Origin: Rozella allomycis CSF55
Lineage: Eukaryota
Assembly (NCBI GenBank): GCA_000442015.1
Contig: KE561199.1
Coordinates: 1 to 32,645, forward strand
DNA: 32,645 bases
Direction of reading: 5' to 3'
Both the position numbers and the translations under genes were made by a program. Below the pieces are notes generated by a model. That model made no database searches. It worked only from the letters and a program-made list of their open reading frames with translations, and was not told where the DNA came from. Below, piece after piece: positions 11,502 to 22,932 of this stretch (positions are counted from its first letter, which is position 1; each line of letters starts with the position of its first letter).

Positions 11502-12505
11502 ATGACTGTGTCTGAAGTAGATTGCTTATCCACTCAAGGAATAGCTAAAGATAATTTATATAGTTACTTGTCTGATGTTTTATTGAATAAAGATATAGAG
11601 TTACATGAAAGATTCAGGGCTTTGTTCACTCTGAAGAATATTGGTGGACAACGATCTATTGAAATAATAGGCCAAGGTAGCCGATATATATTCTAAAACA
11701 CAGGGTTTGATGATGAATCAGCTTTGTTAAAGCACGAGTTGGCTTATGTTCTTGGGCAAATGAAAGACAAAGCGGCTATTCCAATTCTAATATCTGTTTT
11801 AGATAATGTTCAAGAGGAACCTATGGTACGACATGAAGTAAATTTAAATCTATATATTGATAGGCCGCGGAAGCACTAGGGGCCATTGGAGATGAATCTT
11901 CATTGTGCATTTTAGAAAAATATAAAAATGATCCTGAAAAATGTGTTTCCGAGACTTGCGAAATCGCAATAGATAATATAAAGTTTGAAACTCTTCGTAA
12001 TAAAGGTATTTCTTCTGAAGGTCAATCATCATTTTCTTCAATAGACCCTGCCCCGTCTCTCGCTACAAAAAGTTTAGAAGAATTAGAATGTTTGTATCTA
12101 GATGATTCCAGACCGCTATTTGAACGATACAGGGCCATGTTTGGTCTTCGCAATGAAGGATCGGAACGAGCAGTGGAAATATTAGCAAAGGGATTTGGCG
12201 ATAAAAGCGAACTTTTTCGCCATGAAGTTGCTTATGTCTTTGGACAAATGCAGCATCCAGCATCAGTTCCGGCATTAATAAAAGTCCTTGATGATAAAAA
12301 CGAAGTAGGAATGGTCAGGCATGAATGTGCAGAAGCCTTAGGCTCCATAGCTACAAAAGAATGCTACGATGTACTAAAGGCTTACAGCAATGACTCTAAT
12401 AGAGTTGTTAGGGAAAGTTGTTTGGTTGCTCTTGACATGTATGAACATGAAAACAGCGGCGAATTTCAATATGCCAACGGTGTGAACAATTTTAATGATA
12501 ATTAA
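11502..12505 (+). CDS. LIA1: Deoxyhypusine hydroxylase
   Basis: RFRALFTL and four HE motifs ([37 protein letters not shown]). Introns 11677-11703 and 11838-11863. Confidence 0.96.
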
Positions 12506-12537
12506 TCTTCCATAAATAAATTTCTTTATTTTTGACG

Positions 12538-13459
12538 CTAAATTATAAAGGGCTCAAATTTCTTCTCAGCTGTCTTTCGGATTTTCCGGTTAATGGCTAC
12601 CTTCACCCCCACGGTAACTAAAGCCATCGTTATTACAGCCCCAGACACCCCTAAAATAATTTGATCTTGGGCCCAAGAATTCTTTTTGTATGAATCGGCG
12701 GATTCGTTGTTACTTACGCCCAAATGCAGAGGGTCTCTTCTACTTTCATGATTTTCGTTTAAATCTTCGATATATGATGGAACTATTCCCTGCACACTTG
12801 GTTTAATTATCCTGCTTTCATTAACCACTAAATCTTCCTCAATTCTTTCTAGTCCGGTGTTATGATTGATGGATGTTACGAGTTCGTCTCCAAAGTTTTG
12901 TGGAGGAAGTGCAATTACTTTAGGGGTGGATTCAGGATCTTTCATGTTATTAACTTGTACATTGTTGAACCCGAAGCCTTCTGAATGTAAAGACAATTTA
13001 GAACGTTCTTATATAATGAGTAAATATATAGGTACCATCATATGGAATGTTCTTTTGTTTTAAACTTTGGTTCATTAGTTTCTTATTTCTTGGAAGTCTA
13101 ACCTTTCTAGATGCATCTCTTTTTATGTCTAAAATTCTTTGATTTCCTGTATCAGAATCATTTTTAACTGATGGAGCAGATGATTTTGTTTGGGTATTCG
13201 TTGCAAACTGCTCACATGTTTTCACATTTTTATTTGCACTCTTCATCTTGGAATTCTGTGATAGTATTTCTGATCTTTGAATGTCGTTAAATACTTTCGG
13301 TGTATTCCAATTGTGTTTTGCCAGCAATTGTTTAACACTGTTGAATGTACTTTCGCCAACTTCTTCTAGCTGAATTTCTTCATTGTTTTGAGGAAAGGCG
13401 TAGGTGAAACTTAGCAATGGTACAAAGACGATAAGTTTGCTAAAAATCATTACCAGCAT
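12538..13459 (-). CDS. Orphan type I membrane protein
   Basis: Signal peptide MLVMIFSKLIVFVPLLSFTYAFP, polar ectodomain, one 28-nt intron joining the two ORFs, TM IILGVSGAVITMALVTVGVKVAI and a basic tail. Confidence 0.7.
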
Positions 13460-13583
13460 AGATTGTGGCTTGTAATTAAACAGAAGGATCAAATTCAATA
13501 TTTATAAATTGTAGACACCATTTTACTATTTTTCTTAATTTAATTGCTTTAATCTACTAAAGTGGCGTAGCGGAAATTGTAAT

Positions 13584-15693
13584 ATGATGGAATTTGAGAA
13601 ATGTAAAATAGTAGTTGCCAGATTAATGTGAGCATTTTTAATTGCCCCTTCTCCTTCACCCATAAGAGGTACATCGTTTAAACTAGAAACGGATCGTTTG
13701 GGCGAGAATATCATATACGCCAATGGAAAAGCCATATATTTTCGCAACTTGGAAGTAATAATCATTTAGTATAATCATAGCATCCTGAATATTGTAAAGA
13801 ATACAAAGAGCATAATAGTGCTACTACTGTTGCTAGAATCAGCCCTTCTGGGTATTACGCAGCATCTGGAGGTAAAAACAGACACGTCGCGAATAAAGAT
13901 GTAAATGGAAATGTTAGAGTTTGGGATTTGACAAATGATAGTCATCTTTTAAAATATGAAACAAAAGTAATTTCAGGCAGGATAAACGACATTTCGTGGG
14001 ATAGTGAGAGTAAGAGGATTATAGCGGTCGGCGACGGAAAAAATGGGTAAACTTTTCTATTGAATGTCATTCAGATATGGAAAAGCATTTATGTTTGACA
14101 GTGGATCTTCTGTCGGTGAAGTATCTGGCCACAATAAAGTCATAAATGCGGTATCTATTCGACAGCAGAGGCCGTTTAAAGCGGTGACTTGTTCCGATGA
14201 CTATACAGTAAATTTCTATAATGGAGTTCCTTTCAAATTTGCTCTCTCTATTACTGATCATTCAAGGTTTGTCCATGACGTTAAGTTTAACAATAATGGT
14301 TCACAATTTGCATCAGTGGGTGCTGACGGAAAAGTAAAATATTCTAAAGTCAAGGAAAGATATTTTTGTACGACGGGATGACCGGGGAGAGAATAAGCGA
14401 ACTTTCTAAATGTGAAAACGGTCACAATGGGGGTATTTACGGTTTTTCTTGGTCTCCTGATGACAAAAAGATCGTGACGTCTTCCGGTGATGCTACATGC
14501 AAAATTTGGGATGTGGAGCGTGGAGTAGTGCTTAATACAATATGTTTCGACGAATCAATCGACTTTGGAAATCAGCAAGTAGGGAACGCCTGGAATCCTA
14601 AATTCATAAACTCCGTTTCTCTATCTGGCAATATTAACTATCTGGACGAACGTTCGATTAAACCTGTGAAAATTATATGCGTAATAACTATATCTTGGAA
14701 CGAATTAGGGGCATTCTAAAGCAATTACAACATCAGCTAAGGTAGACGAAAAGACTTTTTACACGGCCTCATATGATGGAAGAATATGTAATTTATATTA
14801 CCTTTTGTGATTAGGCAAGTGGAATGACGATTTGTCTTCTGGACATATTGTCAAAGGAGAATCGAAAACCCAGATTTCAGTCATGAAAGCTCACGAAAAG
14901 AATACAATTAAAATCTTAACTTTAGATGAAAAACTAAAAAAGTTGGATGTGTCCCTAAATTCGTTGATTTCAAATGCAGAGTTAGAATTCGCCGGGGTTC
15001 CTGTTGGACTAGGGTATTTCAAAGAAAATACGTTTTTGGCCACCAACAGCTATTTCTATGTATTAAATAACGATGAAGTTACCTTTAAGAAGAAATTAGA
15101 TTTTGAACCCTCTGTTTTCGAGAATTTTGACAATCTCATAGCATTATCATCTGTAATTGAAATACACATTGTTTCATAGAAAAATGAAGTTTATTTATTT
15201 CAATTTAATTCAAATGCTTTGATTGAGAATGGAAAGTTCACAAAAAATCGGGGCGATGTTACGTGTATGGCATTTTCCAATGACGGATCGCTTCTTGCCG
15301 TTGGTGACTCCCAAAGGGCCATACTGGTTTATAATATAAAGACATTTGAGGTCCTTTTATATTAAACATTTGATTAAAGGTTAAAATTAATCAATGGATT
15401 TTCCATAATGCAAGAGTAAATTCCATAAATTGGTCCCCTGATGATCTTTTCGCTACTAGCGGATCTTTGGATACAAACATAATTGTTTGGAGCGTTGAGA
15501 AACCTTTACAAAGATTGGTGATAAAAGGTAGAGTATTTGATTTTCACTCATTAGGTGCTCATCAGGACGGTGTAAGTAACGCTATTTTTCTAAATAATAA
15601 CACAATTTTATCAACAGTAAGACATTAAAAGAAGCCTTACGTTAGGGTCAGGATGGTTGCATTCGCACCTGGTCAGTTAAAACAACACAATAA
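13584..15693 (+). CDS. AIP1: Actin-interacting protein 1 / WDR1
   Basis: APSPSPIRG, SPSGYYAASGD.NGNVRVWD, SGHNKVINAVSIRQQRPF and QWIFHNARVN motifs. Eleven introns of 26-30 nt give a continuous frame to TAA 15691-15693. Confidence 0.93.
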
Positions 15694-15795
15694 AGCGACC
15701 ACCGTTTTAATCTTTAATTTATTTTTTAGACTATAAATTTCATTGTTTACTCTTAAACTATTTGCAATATTGTGCTGCATTTACGAAATTTCATT

Positions 15796-16408
15796 ATGGA
15801 GGCTTTATTTGGCATCGTAGGAAAAGACTTTGTACTTATCGCAGCAGACAAATCCCAAGTTCGCTCTATAGTCGTTATGAAAACGGATCAAGATAAAACA
15901 CGTAATCTTAATGACAATATTGTAATGGCATGTGCTGGGGAACCTGGTGATACAAGCTCTTTTGGTGAGTTCATTCAAGCTAATGTACAATTATATTCCA
16001 CTAGAAACGGTTACAATATGTCAACGAAAGAAACAGCGCACTTCACGCGCAGCTCAATAGCGAAATCACTTCGCTCCAGAGTAAAACACCGAAACTTTAT
16101 TCACATAGAATCCATACCAAGTCAATATGATTATCGCTGGCTACCATCCAAGAGATGGGCCGGAACTTTATTGGATTGATTACATGGGAACGATGCAAAA
16201 GTTGCCTTTTGCTGGGCATGGATATTCTGCATACTTTAATCTTTCCTTATTAGATAGACATTACAAAGCTAATATGTCCTTAGAAGAAGCGTCTTCAGTT
16301 CTTGGGATGTGTTTTCAAGAATTAAAAACCAGGTTTATGGTCAACCTCCCAGAGTTCACTGTTAAAGTGATTGATAAGGATGGTATTCGCGAACACAAAA
16401 TTCAATAA
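15796..16408 (+). CDS. PRE1: 20S proteasome subunit beta-4 (PSMB2)
   Basis: MEALFGIVGKDFVLIAAD, LRSR/NPYQVN, GPELYWIDYMG and HGYSAYF motifs; intron 16081-16108. Confidence 0.96.
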
Positions 16409-16469
16409 ATTTTAATGTCTCTTTGATCTGTTCCTTTTGTAGCTCAATCTTTAAACGACCCTTGCTTTA

Positions 16470-17183
16470 ATGTCTATCCGATGGAGACCTCTGGAGTCTG
16501 ATCCCGAGGTATTTTTTATGTCATTTATTCATAGATAATGAACAAATATCTTGCAGCTTTGAAGGTTCAAGAAAATTCATCTTTTCAAGACATTTTCTGT
16601 TTAGATAATGACGTATTGGAACTGTATAGTCAAGTATATGCTACAATTCTACTATATCCGTTAAGAAATGAAAAAAAATACAGGAAGTTTATGACAAATG
16701 AGGAATGTAAGATGAACAATATCTTTTTCATGAAACAAACAATCGAAAATGCATGTGGTTCAATAGCGATTTTACATGCTTTAATGAATAATGAAAATTT
16801 AATAAATAACAGCGAGACTCTGCAAAAATTCAAAAAGTCTGTTGATGATCTAAATTTTCATGATCGAGGGGAGCAATTTGGAAATACGCGAGAATTCGCT
16901 GATCTCCACAATAATCTCTCGATACAAGGCTCGTCTATTGACCATTTAAACGAGGATGTGTACCTTCATTTTGTTTGTTTTGTGCAAAAGAATAATCATC
17001 TTTTTGAATTGGACGGTAGACTTCCAGGACCCATTGACCATGGTCCATGTAAAAACTTACTTAAAGTATGTTAATACTCTGGGCTTGATTTAGGACACCT
17101 CAAAACAAGTAAAAATGATGATCTCTGAAAATCCTGGTGAGGTTGAATTTTCTTTGATAGTATTATGTAATAAAGAATCATGA
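16470..17183 (+). CDS. YUH1: Ubiquitin C-terminal hydrolase (UCH-L3/Yuh1, family C12)
   Basis: WRPLESDPE, FMKQTIENACGSIAILH and LHFVCFV..LFELDGR catalytic motifs; introns of 26 and 28 nt. Confidence 0.93.
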
Positions 17184-17278
17184 TTATTTATATTTCCTTG
17201 TTTATATGTCTTTGATTCATTTTTATCGGTGTTTACTATATTTGCAAAATTCAGCATTATTAATTGCGAGTCGGTCAA

Positions 17279-18619
17279 ATGGGTGTTCGTGTTAAACCAT
17301 CAATTTTCGTTGGTCGCTTCATTGTTTTAGCTTTTGCGTTTTTCTGTTTAATTGCGGTTGTTAACATTTTTCCATTGTCCAAGGTAATGACAGTCCAAGC
17401 AGCAGTCGGGCGAATAGCGCCTAGAAACCCTCAAACTATAAACATGGGCGAAAATACACCTAAACAAAATAGCACACAGACTACAGTAGGTTCAGACTTT
17501 ATTGGAAACAAATTTGAGTTAGCTGATTTAAGAAACTTGTATTTGGCACCAATTGATAAACAAAAAATATGGGCCATGGTAAGAAAAAAGGCCAGATCAC
17601 AGCAAAAGCGAGTCCTTGTTACTGGTGGGGCAGGATTCGTGGGAAGCCACTTGGTAGATAGACTTATGTTGATGGGAGAATACGTTATTTGTATTGACAA
17701 TTATTTTACGGGAAGGCGTTCAAATGTTGAGCATTGGGAAGGTAAGAACATTCAAATATATATTTAGGTCATCCAAATTTTGAGTTGGTGAGGCATGACG
17801 TTGAATATGAGTACACTGCTGAAGTAGATCAAATATACCATCTTGCGTGCCCAGCATCTCCTCCGCATTATCAATACAATCCAATAAAAACCTTAAAGAC
17901 CTCGTCACTTGGAACAATAAATATGCTTGAGTTGGCAAAGAAAGTAAAGGCGAGATTTCTGTTGACTTCGACTTCAGGTAGAAAATTTTTACGTTAAATA
18001 CAGAGGTATATGGCGATCCAGAAGTTCATCCCCAAAAAGAAGAATATTGGGGGCACGTGAATCCGATCGGGCCCCGTGCTTGTTATGATGAAGGTAAACA
18101 ATTCAAGCTTATCTAACTTTAGGGAAGCGTGTCGCAGAAACTCTTACATATGCGTATCATAGGCATGATAATGTCGACGTTAGAGTAGCACGCATTTTCA
18201 ATACTTTTGGACCTAGAATGAATGAAAATGACGGACGAGTTGTTAGCAATTTTATTTTACAAGCGTTAAAAAATGAACCAATAACGATTTATGGATCAGG
18301 GACACAAACGCGTTCCTTTCAATACGTACATGATCTTGTTGATGGATTGATGGCTTTGATGAATAATGAATTTAAACTACCTGTCAATCTCGGAAATCCT
18401 GATGAATACACAATAGCACAATTTGCAGAATACATTCGTAATGAAATCAACAAAAACTCAATAATCAAAAACCTCAACGCCACTGAAGATGATCCCCAAA
18501 GGAGGCAACCTGATATCACCAGAGCTAAGAATGAAATTCATTGGCAACCAGCGTTTACTGTTAAACAAGGAATTCAAGAAACAGTGGAATATTTTAAGAT
18601 CAATTTGCCAAGCCTTTAA
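17279..18619 (+). CDS. UXS1: UDP-glucuronate decarboxylase (UDP-xylose synthase) with N-terminal TM anchor
   Basis: [39 protein letters not shown] and [10 protein letters not shown] motifs; three introns (26, 26 and 29 nt). Confidence 0.96.
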
Positions 18620-18688
18620 TAAACCTTTTAAGAGAAAATGTCATTTTCTTTGTTTTTCTTTAAATGCTTCGTGTCTTGGTAACCGTCA

Positions 18689-20373
18689 ATGCTAGCAGCG
18701 GGTACAATGGTCGCATTTCATGAATGTAGAATTAGACTCACCTAATGTCAAAGTTACTCGGGTATCATATGTCAACAAGACGGATCTTGTGAAAATAAAG
18801 CAAAAAATCCATCAAGACTTATTTTCGCCCAATATAAGATTGAAAGACGAGGTAATTAATCGAGTCTTCATGCAAAGAAATTAAGACTGTATGAAATTTC
18901 GAAAGAGAGAGTCAGTACATGGGATGGTACAGTTAGAGGCCAACGGAAGAAAAGACTACAGGCGAGAGACAAAAGATTAGAAGAAGAGGAAGAGAAAAAG
19001 AAAGAGCAAGATAGGCAGTTTGCAGAAATAGTGCAGCAAGAAAAGCAGCAAAGGGTGGAAAGGGCCAAACTTCTCCAATTCAACGAAAAAGAGCCCGTGA
19101 AGCAGATTAATAGCCGTTTATTATTGAATCAAGTCCTGAAAGTAAAGATCTTTATGCATTTGAACAGGAACGTGATTTGCAAGTTAAATACAAGAATGAG
19201 AAAATGGCTGAAAACGCTAGGTCGAATCCTAGACTTGCCAAGGTTGACGACATTTTTGGTGAGCAATCTAACAGAATCGACGTGTTTGAAACGTACCAAA
19301 AACATCAAATCGATTGTGCCACAGCTCAAAAGGCCCAGTGGCATGAAAAACTTGCTACTCAAAAGCGAGAAAAGGCTGTAAAAAATATAAATCGCATAAA
19401 TAGTTTAATCTTGAAACAACAAAGAATGCCATTAAAGAAGATCAAGAACATTTTAAGCAGGAGCAATTGAAAAGGATGTTGAACAAAAAGACCAGTCAGC
19501 AAAACTTCTTGGAAAACTTGGAACAAATCAAAAGGGAAAAGATATCAAAAAGAGAAGAGGAAGTTTTCCTAGAGAAAAAACTTGAAAAAGAGGCTGCCGA
19601 ATGGAAGGAAAAGAAAGACGGGATAATGGAAAAGAAAAGAATTATTGAAAAGGAGAGATTCGAGTAAAAAAATTCTAACTTTATGCAAAGAAATTCTCTG
19701 CGACTGAGGAATGAAAATGCAATGCGGCAATTTGCTTTTAATAAACAAGTTGAAAGAAACTACGAGGAGATTGCAGAACGAGAAAAGGCAAAGGCAGAAT
19801 ACAAACTCAAACTGCAGGAAGACGAAAAACTAAAGAAGAAAATTTTGTTTTTAAAAGAAATAAAGGAACACAGATTAAATAAAGTAAATTGAACGTGTAT
19901 GTATTAAAGATTTCGCAAAAGGAAGAAGCAAGACAAAAAGAATCCGAACATGCAAAAAACCTTCACCTTCATTTCGTTGATGAGGCTCGAGATGTAGAAA
20001 CAGAAAAACAAAACAAATCAAGACATAACAAAGAAAAGGCATTGGAACTTCAAACTTTTCACAAACATCAAATGGTAAGCCCGCTAAACCATTTTTGTAG
20101 AATGAAATGCTTCGAAGAAGAAAAGAATACGTAGAAGAAAGAAGTCAATACTGCATTGATATGCATAATAATGAAGTTTTAGACAAGGCTAACTTAGAGT
20201 CGTACATCAATTCCTTGAAAAACGAGCCTTGGTGTCAAGAAGGTGTTAAAAAGTTCATTCACAATGAAATGTTACTTTTAAAACACGATAAAAATCATTT
20301 TGGTAACACTCAATTGTGTGTTTCTCAAACTTATGAAAGGCTTGGATTTGGAGATCCAAAGGGAAAAGATTAG
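18689..20373 (+). CDS. CFAP210/CCDC173-like TPH-domain axonemal coiled-coil protein
   Basis: After splicing, ISKERVSTWDGTVRGQRKKRL..RAKLLQFNEKEPVKQINSRLLLNQVLKERDLQ resembles CCDC173. It has 6-7 introns of 26-28 nt; the start may be 18689 or 18720. Confidence 0.7.
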
Positions 20374-20600
20374 GTTACATGCCAATAAACGAGGTTTCTT
20401 TTCAGTTGACATTATATTTGCCTTGACCTTTTTAGTTGTACAAAAGTGACCTTTCTGTAAAATACCTTGACTCATTGTTAACAATCTACCTTGTCCATCC
20501 CAGCCAAGTTTAGTCGTCATATAGAGATATATTAAACGAACCATGAAACGCCTAATACATACATAATTACATTTCCAAGCATCTTGTTTGTTAGATACCG

Positions 20601-22408
20601 ATGCCTACCACTGACATGTTTCATATTTCTCATGACATTGAATTAATTAGAAATATTTGTAGTAGTGAACCAACGTACGTGACATTGGAACCTAACGTTT
20701 TGATGTCAAATTTTGACCGGTTATATCAACGAAAGAGCAACAATAATGAGATGAACACTTCAAAGAGCATTACGTTGAATTATTGTACCGATGAAGATCA
20801 TGTAATCCCATGCACTACAATGAATGACGCTTATAGACCCAAAATTTCTTCTGATGATTCAATAGGGGACACGAAGCAAAGATTGGCATTCAAAAGTAAC
20901 ATACGCGTTTATATATGTTAAAGAAAGGGATTTTACATCGTCTGTATCATTAAGAGCTGATTTTTTGGTGGCTACGAATGATTTAAGCGGCACACTTAAA
21001 CTGCCAATGCAAAACCTGACCAATCGCAACACATCAACATTAACCCAAAATAGGGGTGATAGCGTTTACAAATCTCTTATTTACGAAGACTTTGAAAAAG
21101 TACTGCTTTATGTGTACATTTTTCAAAGGATACAGGCCTTACGATAAGGCCGAAGGTCCCGGATTCATACATCGCTTCTAAAGAAAATCATGTATCTGAT
21201 ACAGTAGACAATGTTGTGTTTGGCTATGACGATGTGGATTATGCAACAGTTCAAAAAAACTCATTTCTGAGTTCTTCAAACATAGAAGAAAGATCAAAAT
21301 ACATTAAGAATCCAGGAAGTGTGGTTTTATCGATGGAAAATGAGAATAGCACAAACATTTATCTTAGTGAAGTGCAGTCGCGTAAGAAATGATTTTGAGT
21401 AAAATAGAATACCAACCTCCCACACCATCATTCCATGATACCCTTAATTTGAAAGAATCTTACTTAGGGAATTTAAAAGCCGATCATTACAAAGTATACT
21501 AATTCAATTTAAAGACAAAGATTGGTCAAGGATCGATAAATTTTTACGAATCAACGACTAAATCTGCCTATATTGAATTAGGAAGTAATTTCAAAGCAAG
21601 AAAAAAAATTATCAATCCAACCTGCATTAATTTTTGTGATGACTTTATGGAATCATCCGCAAACCCTGCTTCTAAAGACTGGATTTTACCATTAGTTATT
21701 GAAAGCGAAAGTAAACCTCGGAAAAATGATTCAAATAAATCGCATATATGTTTTGGGGACGATAATATTACCCATCGACTCCCAAAATTGGATATCGGTA
21801 GTGATTCACAGAAACCGGTGCGCGTTGCAAAAACAATGCGTGATATAAAGGTGCAAAATTTATTTGAAGAAAATGAAGACAAATCATTATCCAAAAACCG
21901 ATTTATAACAAATAATATGGTGATTTTTTAATCAATTAAGGAATAGATCAATTTTGGCGATAGGTCAGATCTTTACAACAAGAAAATTGCAAGAGCAAAA
22001 AATAACAAGGAAAAATATTCAGATAATGTCAGCTTTGGTGAAAATTACCAAACCATATTGTTTGAAGACACGAAAAATTTTCCCACTCATAAATCCTTTA
22101 TTGATTCATACACAAAAGGGCTGGAAGCACGAAAGAAAAATTTATCCAACAACTTATCTAGAGTAAACCTGAATTATGAATCGTAAGTGTTTGCGCTTTC
22201 ATGAATTAGCGAAAATTTGAAGAGTCAGAGCGACTATTCAGTGAATTATAAAAACTTTGTCAAAGTGAAACGAAACTTTGACCCTCAAACTCATTCTAAG
22301 ACGAAGATGAATATTCAAAAGCTTGAAGATGGAAAATCGGAAAGATATTTTATCACTACCCATCAACATAGTTACATTTCGCCTCATTTTATTATTCAAA
22401 ATGCATAA
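20601..22408 (+). CDS. Repeat protein with Mn-like motifs, SAXO/TEX45-like candidate
   Basis: Six 26-29 nt introns give one continuous ORF containing TTMNDAY, YATVQKNSF, YLSEVQSQY, YESTTKSAY, SDYSVNY and FITTHQHSY, often preceded by (S/N)x(V/I)xFG(D/E). Confidence 0.55.
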
Positions 22409-22416
22409 ATATACAA

Positions 22417-22912
22417 TCAGACAGAATTTTTTTCTTCTTCGAGTTTTGTCTTGTCGTGAATTTTATAATGTCTTTTGAGACGGCTTTGATCCGCAAATAT
22501 TTTACCGCATTCAGGGCATTCCGCCATCATTGATGTTGTTTCGTGTGTATTTGAGTTTGTAGACTTAACTTTTCTGCTTTCATCAAATACTGCCTCAAGT
22601 GAATTGATGACCTTTACCTGTCACCCAAGCATTAGCAAAAAGTGGATAATTTGATAAATTACTGTGCCTTACATTTCTTTGTTCCCATTTTCTAGGTTTG
22701 AAATATGGGAAAATCCATTTTGATTTTATTATTTTCTCCTTTATCTTGTCTGTGTTATCACGAGGTGTGTCGTCCTCCGACATTTCCTGGCCTTGATCCG
22801 CGTAAGTCTTCCTCATTCTAGCAGCCCTAGGTTTAAGATCGTTCAAAAATGTTTCTGATGTTATACTCTTGGGGTCTTTCAAAGATATTCTAATGATTAT
22901 GCCTTTAGACAT
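22417..22912 (-). CDS. Small protein with a two-Trp motif and one C2H2 zinc finger
   Basis: Intron 22617-22590 (28 nt) joins KPRKWEQRNV..FANAWVT to CPECGKIFADQSRLKRHYKIH; TGA at 22419-22417. Confidence 0.75.
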
Positions 22913-22932
22913 TTCCTTTGTAAAATTGGGAA

